This document shows positions 27,442-36,799 of a stretch of DNA of 50,798 nucleotides, piece by piece. The DNA comes from Candidatus Hadarchaeota archaeon (GTDB taxonomy: Archaea > CAYQAE01 > CAYVLA01), in assembly GCA_964452145.1 (NCBI GenBank), contig CAYVLA010000012.1, forward strand, positions 1-50,798, in the 5' to 3' direction. A program made the translations under genes and the position numbers. The notes under the pieces were generated by a model. That model was given only the letters and a program-made list of their open reading frames with translations, was not told where the DNA came from and did no database searches. Positions within the stretch are counted from its first letter, which is position 1; every line of letters starts with the position of its first letter.

Positions 27442-27544
27442 GCCGGACTGCTATGAATCGCGGCTCTCCAAATCCTCTTCGAACAGCACATAATGGCAGG
27501 TGATGGATGGGATGGGAAGCGGACAGATTTTTTAGGCGAAACCG

Positions 27545-28753
27545 GTGCCTGCCGGCTCCATGGGCCGGTGGCTCTGTCTTGCGGCCGTCCTGCTGCTCAT
27601 CCCCCTTACTTGCCACGGCCGGGTTGATCCAGCTTCGAGCAGGATTCGAACTCTCTACGTGGGAGACGCTTGGACCACCGCCGCGATCAAGGAGACCTTG
27701 GGCTGGATCGGCGCCGAGCCCAGGTTCAGCATCCAGATCGTCCCGGCCGATCTGGAATTCATGACGCTGGCCGAGGCTTGGAGGTACACGCGCCTGTATC
27801 TCCCGAGACGCTATGAAGACCTCAACCTGAGCTACGATATCGTAGTCCTGCACAACATATCGCCCATGGTGATTGAGACCAAGGTCCTGAACTACCTCCA
27901 ACAGGGAATGGGCGAGGAGGGCATCGGTTTGGCTCTAATCACATTCTATTTCTGGGGCGGTACAAATGACATGCCAGCCTGGGTCAGCATCCCATTCTAC
28001 TCCACATTCCCTTGCGATGTTCTCTGGGAGCAGATCTGGGGAAGCCAGGGGAAGATCTTCATCAGGGTCGTTCAGGCCCAGCCTATCATGGATCTACCAG
28101 GGATCGAGCAGGTGCCGATGCAGGGTCCCGCCAACCATGGTGCGGACATACTGCCCAGACCCGGTTCAGTGACGCATGCGATCTGGGAGGGGACCGGGAC
28201 GCCGTTCCTGGTGACCGGGTCGTATGGAAGAGGGGAGACGCTTCAGCTGGCGACCGGGTGGCATATCATAGGGATGAGGAACTACCCCTACCTGCCCGAT
28301 TTCATATACAATCAGCTCTACTATGTGGCGGGGGTTTCCCCCCCGTCGGATGTTGCCCTCGCCCGCCATGCCAGGCAGTTGTTTATCGGAGCCAGGTTGA
28401 GAAGGTTGGTGACCCTTTCCTGCATTGAGTTCGCCGACAAGTTCGGGGCGAATCTGGCCAAAGTTGAGGTGGAACTGGGACGCCTGGAATCGGATGTTGA
28501 ACGAGCCGAGAGGTCCTATCTGGAAGGGGATTATGATGGCGCGGTCGCTATCCTGGAGCAGGTCATGGAGGAACTTCCGGTTATCGAGGCTGAGGTCACG
28601 AGGCTCAGGAACCAGGGAATGGTCTGGATCCACTTCACTGAGTGGCTGGTGGTCTGCTCGACTTTGCTGCTGTCCGGTACCGCGATATGGGGTCTTATGG
28701 TCTCGAGGAAGGCCTTCAGAGAGGTAGGCCAAAGCAGGCTGAGACCCGGTTAA
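27545..28753 (+). CDS. Exported, membrane-anchored GATase-like protein (paralog B)
   Basis: DPASSRIRTLYVGD, PRRYEDL, YDIVVL, EFADKFGAN and C-terminal TM plus LMVSRKAFREV. Same architecture as 13542-14744. Confidence 0.65.
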   Translation: MPAGSMGRWLCLAAVLLLIPLTCHGRVDPASSRIRTLYVGDAWTTAAIKETLGWIGAEPRFSIQIVPADLEFMTLAEAWRYTRLYLPRRYEDLNLSYDIVVLHNISPMVIETKVLNYLQQGMGEEGIGLALITFYFWGGTNDMPAWVSIPFYSTFPCDVLWEQIWGSQGKIFIRVVQAQPIMDLPGIEQVPMQGPANHGADILPRPGSVTHAIWEGTGTPFLVTGSYGRGETLQLATGWHIIGMRNYPYLPDFIYNQLYYVAGVSPPSDVALARHARQLFIGARLRRLVTLSCIEFADKFGANLAKVEVELGRLESDVERAERSYLEGDYDGAVAILEQVMEELPVIEAEVTRLRNQGMVWIHFTEWLVVCSTLLLSGTAIWGLMVSRKAFREVGQSRLRPG

Positions 28754-28875
28754 GGTTTGTGGCTTCAACCGCCTTGGGTTGTACCCCTGCAAGATGGCCC
28801 CTCATCCGAATCCAGGGATCGAGCAGGCCGCGCCGGCGCATAACCCTAATATGGTTGGATGCCGTTTCGTCACCG

Positions 28876-30315
28876 ATGAGCGTATACCTGGGCGTTGACC
28901 TCGGGACCCAGGGATGCAGGGCAGTGGCAGTGCGCGACGATGGATCCTTGGTTTCCTCGGCCCATGTGATGTTGGCAGGGCGTCCGCGCGAATTGCCTGC
29001 CGGGTGGTCAGAGCAGGACGCGCGGGAGTGGTGGCCGTGCGTCAGAGCGACCATCCTGAAGACCACTGCCCGCCTGCACGAGGCAATTCTCGGCATCTGC
29101 GTAGACTCCACATCCGGGACGGTGCTAGCGATCGACCGGGTGGGCAATCCGCTGAGCCCGGCCATCATGTACAATGACGGCCGTGCGTCCGAGGAAGCGA
29201 GGGCGATTTCCCAGGCCGCGGGGTCCCTGCAGGACAAGCTCGGCTACCGAGTTGGAGCATCCTACGCAGCGGCCAAGCTGCTCTGGCTCAGGCGCAACCT
29301 GCCCCATGTGTTTGAGTCGGCCCATGCCTTCGTCCACGCCGCAGACTTCATCAACGGCAAGCTCACCGGTGACTTCGGCTTCACCGATCACACAAACGCG
29401 CTCAAGAGCTGTTTTGATCTGATCGACTACCGTTGGCCGGATTGCTTGCAGGACCTGGGCCTACCATTCGACAGAATGCCTCAGGTCGTTGCGCCCGGGG
29501 AAGCCATTGGCACCATTACGCCCCAAGCATCGCGAGACACCTCCATCCCGGAGGGAGTCGACGTATACGCGGGGCTAACGGATGGCTGCGCCTCGCAGAT
29601 TGCCTCCGGGGCTGCAGGAGTGGACGAATGGGAGACCACCTTGGGCACAACCTTGGTCATCAAGGGGGTGACGGAGGGACTGATCAGAGACCCTTTAGGA
29701 CGCATCTACAGCCACCTGCATCCTGAGAGGTTGTGGATGCCCGGGGGGGCAAGCAACACGGGAGGGGAATGCCTGGAGAAGTGCTTCGCGGGCGTCGAAC
29801 TTGAGAGGATGGATGTGGTCGCATCGGGTCTTGTCCCCACCGGGCTGGTAGCCTATCCCCTTGTTAGGAGGGGCGAGAGGTTTCCCTTCATCGCTCCCGA
29901 TGCGGAGGGTTTCGTCCTGGGTCAACCCAGCAGCCGCGAGCAGCTGTACGCGGCCTATCTAGAGGGCGTTGCGTTCACCGAACGCCTGGCGTATGAGACC
30001 CTCGAAGGCCTAGGGGCGAAGGTCGGTAGCCATATATTCGTTGCTGGCGGGGGCGCCAGGAGTCAGGCCTGGCTCCAGGTGAGGGCCAACGTGTTATCGC
30101 GGACGCTTCTCAGACCGTCCGTCCCGGAGGCCGCAATGGGGTGTGCAATGCTCGCTGCCTCATCCCGTCTCAATCTGCCCCTGAGGGATGTGGTGAGGCA
30201 GATGGTGCGGATTGACACAAGAGTGGATCCGCAGGCAGGGGTGGCCTCTGTTTACGAGGGTTTGTACGAGGAGTTCACGCGCGAGGTGGCCGAGAGGTTT
30301 GGCGTATTATACTAG
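28876..30315 (+). CDS. FGGY-family carbohydrate kinase (xylulokinase-like)
   Basis: YLGVDLGTQG, DSTSGT, IMYNDGR, TDGCA, LGTTLV, GERFP and GGGARS motifs. Start trimmed to MSVYLG. Confidence 0.92.
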   Translation: MSVYLGVDLGTQGCRAVAVRDDGSLVSSAHVMLAGRPRELPAGWSEQDAREWWPCVRATILKTTARLHEAILGICVDSTSGTVLAIDRVGNPLSPAIMYNDGRASEEARAISQAAGSLQDKLGYRVGASYAAAKLLWLRRNLPHVFESAHAFVHAADFINGKLTGDFGFTDHTNALKSCFDLIDYRWPDCLQDLGLPFDRMPQVVAPGEAIGTITPQASRDTSIPEGVDVYAGLTDGCASQIASGAAGVDEWETTLGTTLVIKGVTEGLIRDPLGRIYSHLHPERLWMPGGASNTGGECLEKCFAGVELERMDVVASGLVPTGLVAYPLVRRGERFPFIAPDAEGFVLGQPSSREQLYAAYLEGVAFTERLAYETLEGLGAKVGSHIFVAGGGARSQAWLQVRANVLSRTLLRPSVPEAAMGCAMLAASSRLNLPLRDVVRQMVRIDTRVDPQAGVASVYEGLYEEFTREVAERFGVLY

Positions 30316-30358
30316 TGTATAATAAGATATTTATGTATGTACAGACGCTCAACAGGCC

Positions 30359-31168
30359 GTGATCTCCCCCTCCCAGATTCAGGAGATGAGGGAACGCTAC
30401 CTTTCTGGGGAGAGCCCTCGCGGCATAGCGAGATCCATGGAAGTGCACTTTCAGTCGGTGTACTACCATCTTCGCAGAGGAGGGGTGCTGGGAAAGCGGA
30501 TGGAACACTGGCAGGAACTTGGCGAGAGGAGATCCCGCCTCTCCAAGGGCCTTGCGACCAAGGCGACCCTCAGCGCTTCAGCGCTGGCTCGGGGCATTCG
30601 GGAGAGGCTAACGGTCTCCGACGATCTACCCAAAGCCTTCCATCTGGTCTTGAAAGGCGCTAGGAGGATGCCTGTCTTCGATGGCCCTGACCTCGTTGGG
30701 ACGGTGACGGTCATGGATCTTCTGAGGAACATAACCGACGTGGTGTCCGATCGCGCGCCCAAGACGATCGCAAACTATATGACCCCTCCCATAGTTGTCC
30801 GGGGAACGGACTCCGTCTTCGAGGTGGCGAGGGTGATCCTCAGGGAGGGCGTGTCCGGGGTCTGGGTAGTGGACCGAGGCGGTTCACTTATGGGTGAGAT
30901 CACGCAGCTGGAATTTGTGAGATTTGTGAAGGAGCTTGACAGCAATGATAGAAAGAGACGAGATGCAGGAGATCGCCAGCAGGTACACCAAGCCCCTGCC
31001 GTTGATCCTGGGGAGCCATTCGGCCCTCGACATCATGGACGGGGCGAGGGCCTTCGGGATGAAGAGGCTTCTGTACGCGCCCATCGAAAGGGCCAGGATC
31101 TACCTAAGGCACCCGATCGTCGGAAACCCCGGGGAGCCGATCCAGGACCTCCCGTCCGTCGTGCGTAG
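30359..31168 (+). CDS. HTH + tandem CBS (Bateman) domain protein, probable nucleotide-sensing regulator
   Basis: HTH GESPRGIARSMEVHFQSVYYHL; CBS motifs RMPVFD..LVGTVTVMDLL, YMTPP and VWVVD..LMGEITQLE. The last ~74 codons overlap purP and look non-functional. Confidence 0.75.
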   Translation: MISPSQIQEMRERYLSGESPRGIARSMEVHFQSVYYHLRRGGVLGKRMEHWQELGERRSRLSKGLATKATLSASALARGIRERLTVSDDLPKAFHLVLKGARRMPVFDGPDLVGTVTVMDLLRNITDVVSDRAPKTIANYMTPPIVVRGTDSVFEVARVILREGVSGVWVVDRGGSLMGEITQLEFVRFVKELDSNDRKRRDAGDRQQVHQAPAVDPGEPFGPRHHGRGEGLRDEEASVRAHRKGQDLPKAPDRRKPRGADPGPPVRRA

Positions 31169-32312
31169 GGATCTGTTCGTCACCGATGATCCGGCGACAA
31201 TCGATGCCAAAGGCAGCTGGAAGACATGCATTCTGATCGTGGAGAGCTACGATGATGTGCTCAAGAGCGAGTACATAGACAGGTTCTTGGAGCTTGAGGC
31301 CATACAGATACCGAACAGGGCCTTCTCGGTGTACGTCGGGGGATATGCATGCAAGAAGATCGAGGAGAACTTCCCGGTGCCAGTCTTCGGATCCAGACAG
31401 CTTCTGAAGATCGAGAATCGGGAGGAAGTCGAGAAGAACTACTACTACCTCTTGGAGAAGGCTGACATACCCCACCCCGAGGAGTATCGGTACGAGGTCG
31501 CGAAGGACGGCATCCACTTCAAGGAGGATCTGAAGCAGCCCCTCGTCTTGAAGGTCCCTCACGCGGTGAGGAGACTCGAAAGGGGTTTCCTCTTCGCATC
31601 CAACGGAACGGAAATGGAGCGCAAGGTCGCGGAGGCCATCAAGGCGGGTATGATCGATCCAGCCGACCTCAAGGACGGTAGGGCGGAGGAGTACGTCCCG
31701 GGCGTCACCGCCAACCTCAACTTCTTCGCCTCGCCCCTGGACAGGGCGGCTCCATTGGGCGATCTTGCCAAGTACTACGACGGCAGCATCGGGACGCAGT
31801 TCATATCCGTCGATATGCGCTATGAGACAACCCACGATGGGATCTCACGTATGCACGCCAAGGACCAGATCAAGTGCGAATGGAACCGGACCAAGTACCG
31901 CGAGACCTTCGAGGTCGTGGCCCATGGCCTTGAAAGCCTGAGGGAGTCACTGCTTCGGTTGATATTCCCGATCGCAGACAAGTTTGAGAAGACGTGCGTG
32001 GAGGTCTACGGGGAGCCTATGATCGGGGCCTACTGCGTACAGACCCTGATCACCTTCAAGGAGAAGCCTCTGGTGAAGGGTGCAAGCGTTGGGGTCTACG
32101 ACGTTGCTGAGGGCAAGACCGTGACCGACTTCGAGTTCGTGTGCCAGGACATCGCCACCAGGCTCGGGGGCGGCACCAACTGTGCCATCGGGATCGGCGG
32201 ACAGTACGGCAACACCCTGTACAACCAGCCGGGCTTCTCGATGGGCAAGAGGATGGCGCTGGAGATGAAGCGGGCGGCCGAGCGGAGGATGCTGGGCGAG
32301 ATCGTCACCTAG
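30945..32312 (+). CDS. purP: PurP-like ATP-grasp FAICAR synthetase family protein
   Basis: LGSHSALDIMDGA, IPNRAFSVYVG, VFGSRQLLKIE, LERGF, SLRESLL, RLGGGTN and SMGKRMALE motifs. ATG preceded by GGAG. Confidence 0.88.
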   Translation: MIERDEMQEIASRYTKPLPLILGSHSALDIMDGARAFGMKRLLYAPIERARIYLRHPIVGNPGEPIQDLPSVVRRDLFVTDDPATIDAKGSWKTCILIVESYDDVLKSEYIDRFLELEAIQIPNRAFSVYVGGYACKKIEENFPVPVFGSRQLLKIENREEVEKNYYYLLEKADIPHPEEYRYEVAKDGIHFKEDLKQPLVLKVPHAVRRLERGFLFASNGTEMERKVAEAIKAGMIDPADLKDGRAEEYVPGVTANLNFFASPLDRAAPLGDLAKYYDGSIGTQFISVDMRYETTHDGISRMHAKDQIKCEWNRTKYRETFEVVAHGLESLRESLLRLIFPIADKFEKTCVEVYGEPMIGAYCVQTLITFKEKPLVKGASVGVYDVAEGKTVTDFEFVCQDIATRLGGGTNCAIGIGGQYGNTLYNQPGFSMGKRMALEMKRAAERRMLGEIVT

Positions 32313-32895
32313 ACAGCTCGATCACGTAGAGCTTTTCGAAGAAGAAGCTCTCCCGGCTCAGGATCCTGGGCCTTAGGCCGACCCTGACCGCGGCGTCTAG
32401 GCTGCGATCGAGATCGTTCAGCGAGGACTGCACGAACAGCGCGGATCCCCCCGGCGCGAGGCGTGAACCAACCGCGCCTATGAAACGGTCTATCAGTCGA
32501 CGGCCCGAGGCTCCCCCCGACCAGGCGACGTGCTCCAATCCCCCCGCCTCTACCGGAAGGTAGGGAGGATTGAACAGTATCAGGTCGAATCGGCCCTTGA
32601 TCGCCGAGAAGATGTCGCACAGCACGAACCTGGTCTCGGGGGCAAGCCGGCTGGCATTGGCCATGGCACACCTGAGGGCGTCGATCGAAATATCCGTCCC
32701 CACGGTAAGTGGGCAGCCCGCCCGGGAAAGCACTATTGAGGCTAGGCCACAGCCCGTGCCTACGTCCAGCACGCTTGCCGGAGCTCGTTCCTTGGCGGCT
32801 TCGAGGAGCATGTAGCTGTCCTCCGCCGGTTCGTAGACCCCTCCCTGAAGCTCAAAGACGAGGCCTTGGTATTGGATTGTCCTGATCGGACACAT
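32305..32895 (-). CDS. HemK2/PrmC-like N5-glutamine methyltransferase
   Basis: VYEPAEDSYML, LDVGTGCG, FNPPYLP, WSGG..GR and FFFEKL motifs. Confidence 0.92.
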   Translation of the reverse strand: MCPIRTIQYQGLVFELQGGVYEPAEDSYMLLEAAKERAPASVLDVGTGCGLASIVLSRAGCPLTVGTDISIDALRCAMANASRLAPETRFVLCDIFSAIKGRFDLILFNPPYLPVEAGGLEHVAWSGGASGRRLIDRFIGAVGSRLAPGGSALFVQSSLNDLDRSLDAAVRVGLRPRILSRESFFFEKLYVIELSR

Positions 32896-32963
32896 TGGGC
32901 TACCCCGGCGAGGTTTTTTCAGGGCCCAATGATTAATATGGGGTGAGGGCAGATGGAGTGGGG

Positions 32964-33794
32964 ATGACCGGCTCCAAGGGGGAGATAGTCTCCCTCCTGA
33001 GGCAGCTCCAGAGGACTCCACCAGGCAGCGAATCGTATCTGGAGATTCAGAAGGAGGTCCTCGAGAAGGTCAAACGCCTGGGAAGACGCGAGAGGAACGA
33101 GTTCAGAATCGAGCTTGAACAGATGAGATCCCAGATGATGGTCTATCGACCCTCTTACTACCGCCCTGACTACTTCCGACTGATCACGATTCTGATGCAT
33201 CGCCTCACGAGCAGAAGCTATGAGGACATCAAGGCCGACATCCAGGGCATCCTCGCCGAGGTCGAGACCGGGATCAAGCGAAATCACTTCCCCAGGTACC
33301 CGTCCTCCTACGTGAAGAGGCTGAGGGCTCTGCTCATCGAGGCGAGGAGATCGGGGGAGGGCGATCCCATCGATCTTGCCGAGATCACCAACGCCTGTGA
33401 GGAGATGATCGAGACCATAAATGACTACGAGTACGAGAACGTTGAAGTTGAGGTCTCTTCGACCAGGATAAAGGTCTCCAGCCAGTTCACCCTCGGCGAT
33501 GCCCAGAAGAGCTGGAGCATCGAACTCATATCGCCCAAGCTCGAATACGGGGGCAGAACCTTTCTGAAGAGGGAGGTTCTGGCCCACATCACCCGGACCG
33601 GGAAGCCCCTGTCAAGGGGCGAGATCGAGCAGGGGATCGGCAAGAAGATCCGCTACTTCGGCCATATCATTCAGAGCCTTGTCAGGAAGTACCTCATAGT
33701 CCCTGTGCCGGGCGAGAACAAGTACGAGTTGACCGGCACCGGAAGGAAGGTCGGGGAGATCTACATCGCCCTGCTGGAGAGGATAAAGGGATGA
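32964..33794 (+). CDS. Hypothetical protein: helical N-terminus and C-terminal winged helix
   Basis: Long ORF with host-like codon usage. The C-terminus PLSRGEIEQGIG...IIQSLVRKYLI...YELTGTG resembles a wHTH. Confidence 0.6.
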   Translation: MTGSKGEIVSLLRQLQRTPPGSESYLEIQKEVLEKVKRLGRRERNEFRIELEQMRSQMMVYRPSYYRPDYFRLITILMHRLTSRSYEDIKADIQGILAEVETGIKRNHFPRYPSSYVKRLRALLIEARRSGEGDPIDLAEITNACEEMIETINDYEYENVEVEVSSTRIKVSSQFTLGDAQKSWSIELISPKLEYGGRTFLKREVLAHITRTGKPLSRGEIEQGIGKKIRYFGHIIQSLVRKYLIVPVPGENKYELTGTGRKVGEIYIALLERIKG

Positions 33795-33835
33795 GGGGGC
33801 GGGCCACCGGCCTCGTTCGAAGCGCGTTACCCCTT

Positions 33836-34735
33836 CTACACCAGCCTCAGAACGTTGTGCCCCAGCTTCACCCCGAGGGCCCTCGCGATCGGCGGGCACT
33901 TTGCCCTGAGGATCAGGCAGACTGGTCGGCCTATCTCCTCCCTGCTGTATGAGAGCGTCTCAAGATTGCTCTGCCCCTTGCTGACGACAAGGTCGGATGA
34001 GGCAAAGGCATCTAGGAACTCCCGGGAGGATTCCTCGAAGCTGACCCCCAGATGGTCGGTCCCCGTGGTTATGACGTCCGCGACATCCTTCATGCCAACA
34101 TAGGCCGCGTCCTCCAGCGTGGCATCGTTGGAGATCGCACCGCCCTTGACGGCCACGGTGACCTTGGGGCCTAGGTTCGATATGACCAGTACGAGTACCT
34201 TGTCGAAGGCGATCTCGCCCGCATTGTCCGCCAGGTAGATGACCGTCCGGGCGTCTCGAATGGCTCGGAGCAGGTGAACCGTGTCGTCGATGGCCAAGCC
34301 CTGCTGGAGGATCGACTCGTACTCCTTCTCAAAGCGGGATAGATCGAAGGAGTGGCCGCTCGTTCCCAGGTCCATGGTGTTCCCGGCTATGGATGCCAAA
34401 GCAGCCGTCCTCAGGCGGGTCTCGGGATCCCGAATCCCGAGCACCTTGCGGCATTCACGGCCAGCCAGGGGAAGGGCTATCCGGTTGCAGTTCCTTTTCT
34501 CCTCGCTGAAGGGGTCGGAACTCCCGGTCCGCTCCGATACGAGCCTGAAGATCTTGGTGCTCACCACGGGCAGGTTGCTGGCTTGGTCCAGATCATGCGC
34601 CATGATCTCCGCTATCTCCCGCATCAGCTCGAACCTCTTGCCCTCATCGGCAACGGCACGGTTCAGGGCACCCAATGAGATGTCCATGATGCACGGCCAG
34701 CACTCAGGCCTCGGCCTGTGCAGCGGGAACTCCAT
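33836..34735 (-). CDS. DUF89 / ARMT1-like damage-control phosphatase
   Basis: ECWPC, DPF..K, AGNTMD, LADNAGEIAFD, ISNDAT, SKGQSNLE and AKC motifs. Confidence 0.92.
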   Translation of the reverse strand: MEFPLHRPRPECWPCIMDISLGALNRAVADEGKRFELMREIAEIMAHDLDQASNLPVVSTKIFRLVSERTGSSDPFSEEKRNCNRIALPLAGRECRKVLGIRDPETRLRTAALASIAGNTMDLGTSGHSFDLSRFEKEYESILQQGLAIDDTVHLLRAIRDARTVIYLADNAGEIAFDKVLVLVISNLGPKVTVAVKGGAISNDATLEDAAYVGMKDVADVITTGTDHLGVSFEESSREFLDAFASSDLVVSKGQSNLETLSYSREEIGRPVCLILRAKCPPIARALGVKLGHNVLRLV

Positions 34736-34761
34736 CGCCTATCCCAGGACCGGCCGCTGAA

Positions 34762-36789
34762 CTATGTTTCCGCGTTCTGGGACCTCCTCTTTCCGATGGA
34801 AACCCAGAATGTGAGGGGGAGGCCAGCCAGCAGCATGCCGATCGGGCCCTCTCCAACGGGGACCAGCGTGAACGTTCTCCTCTCCAACAGAGGGTACCCC
34901 GAGTTAGCTGTTGCCTTGATGAGGCATGTGTAGATTCCAGGGGGCGAATCCATCCTTATCGGTAGTGCGTCGAAGGCCCAAGACTGGTTGGTTGGATAGG
35001 AGGCATGGGTCCTCATGCCGGTTGTGCAGTTCCTGATGATCTTCCCCAACGGGTCGATCCAGGCAATCGAGCAGTTCTTGTTGTTGTAGGGTTGGTTGTC
35101 GTTCCACTTTCCGGCCGCGGGGTCGAACTCGATGTTCACAGTGATGTTGCCCGGTTCCCTTGCGACGCTTGGGGGCTCCAGCCGGGGTCCGCCCTGCCAC
35201 AGGGAGAAGTATGCATGGATGGGGTCGTCCATGTGGAAACAGCCCTCCTCTACAAGCAGCGGAAGGCTCACTTGGGTGGGCATCACCCTGACTGCGTACC
35301 AACCGTCGAACTCGTGCACGCCCTCCGTCCCCGAGATGAAGACCTCGGCCGGCACGGCGAAGGCATGAACGCTCTGGAAGACGTCGCACGGCGATCCACA
35401 GGAGCCGGTCCCACTCCAAGCCACGGTGCCCAGGGTTGCGACTCTACCCGAGCAGTTCCACAGCTCCACCTGAACGGGGCCCGGTTCAAGGTAGGGATTT
35501 GAGCTCATGCAGGGGGTGACCTGCGCCCGGTAGGTGATCCTGATAGCACCGGGATCAAACCACTGGCCGTGAGTGGGGCGTATCTCGATCGACGTAGCGA
35601 CCGGTTGGGAAGGGGGCCCCGAGCCAAGATCGTACTGCCTAAGGATGATGTTGTGGAACTGACCAACGTAGCACGCGGAACAGTTGACGAATCTCTGACC
35701 TCGGATAAGGCCGCTGCCCCCAAGCTCCAGGTAGACCCGCTTGATGGATTCGGGCCGAAGGCCGGGAAGGCTCTTGCTCCCCATGAGCATTCCCTCCAGA
35801 TACGCCGATGCAGAGGAAGCATGGGTTGTCAGATCAACGAAGATGTTCACATCCAGCCACTTGCTGTAGACGAAATCGAAGCCCGATGGAAGGTTGGATG
35901 GCCAGCCCTCTCCCCCCAGATCGGCCAGGGACAATCTCCATCCCTCGCCCTCCAAGCCAAACGAAGCCTCGACGAGGTCATCGACGGGCCCCGGGCCATA
36001 TGGGCAGTTGCACTCGGCTGACTGCGAGCAGTCCTCGAGGATCTCGACCCAGGTCTTCATCCTCAGGCTAAGCTCGAAGTGCGAGGCCGAGATGTTGACC
36101 GCATGGGACAGCCGTGCCTCTATGGGCCGGCGCTCGTCATAGTTGTGGATGTAGACGCTGGTCATTCTGAGAACGTGCTCCCTGCTGCCGAATACCTCCT
36201 CCACCCACTGGGCCCCGGGCCCGTACCCGGGGGATTCGATGACCCAATCCGGGGGCAGGCTTCCCGGCGGGTAGTCTTTGAAATCCTTCCGGAGAACTTC
36301 GGCGGTGGGTCTCCCGCAGAGGTGGAAGGCTGAAACAGCCACATGCTCACCAGTCGAGGCTGAAACCTGGTAGGTGGACGATGAGGGCGGGAAGGCGGAG
36401 AGATTCACCTCCATGGTTGACGTAGACATGAAGGTCCGACCCCCGACATATACCAGGGGTTCTTCACGGGAGGCCTGCACCTGGCTGCTGGGCGTCTTCC
36501 ATGCGAAGATCGCACTGACATGGGGCATCAGGGAGCCCTCGGGGAAGCTAAGGCAGAACGTGGCCACCAGGCTCGTCGTCGAGTTGGATCCTGTAAGGAA
36601 GAATGGGCTGGCCCTTCCCATCTGATCCACGACCGAGAGGCTGACGTTGGGCGTCTGCTCGGCCAATCCCCCGGGCCCGGCACCGGTAAGGAATCCGGCC
36701 AGCATTGCACTCACCACCAGAGCCGGCCCCCCGACTCGCAACACGATCCCCGGCTTCTCTGACAACGATCCACCTCGCTGGGATCCCAT
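34762..36789 (-). CDS. Surface protein containing S-layer-like domains 2 and 3, an inserted concanavalin-like domain and a C-terminal membrane anchor
   Basis: Signal region; segments similar to the 49562 protein (VVDQMGRASPFFLTG; IRPTHGQWFDP..ITYRAQV..NPY); C-terminal VGE-hydrophobic-KRR. Confidence 0.75.
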   Translation of the reverse strand: MGSQRGGSLSEKPGIVLRVGGPALVVSAMLAGFLTGAGPGGLAEQTPNVSLSVVDQMGRASPFFLTGSNSTTSLVATFCLSFPEGSLMPHVSAIFAWKTPSSQVQASREEPLVYVGGRTFMSTSTMEVNLSAFPPSSSTYQVSASTGEHVAVSAFHLCGRPTAEVLRKDFKDYPPGSLPPDWVIESPGYGPGAQWVEEVFGSREHVLRMTSVYIHNYDERRPIEARLSHAVNISASHFELSLRMKTWVEILEDCSQSAECNCPYGPGPVDDLVEASFGLEGEGWRLSLADLGGEGWPSNLPSGFDFVYSKWLDVNIFVDLTTHASSASAYLEGMLMGSKSLPGLRPESIKRVYLELGGSGLIRGQRFVNCSACYVGQFHNIILRQYDLGSGPPSQPVATSIEIRPTHGQWFDPGAIRITYRAQVTPCMSSNPYLEPGPVQVELWNCSGRVATLGTVAWSGTGSCGSPCDVFQSVHAFAVPAEVFISGTEGVHEFDGWYAVRVMPTQVSLPLLVEEGCFHMDDPIHAYFSLWQGGPRLEPPSVAREPGNITVNIEFDPAAGKWNDNQPYNNKNCSIAWIDPLGKIIRNCTTGMRTHASYPTNQSWAFDALPIRMDSPPGIYTCLIKATANSGYPLLERRTFTLVPVGEGPIGMLLAGLPLTFWVSIGKRRSQNAET

Positions 36790-36799
36790 CTCAGTCCCC

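Noticed and set aside
26646..27491. Calling the ORF pyrE and using the 27491 start
   Set aside because: The N-terminal HTH and degenerate PRPP loop fit the GfcR-like family. The extra 80 codons cross the paralog fossil on the other strand.
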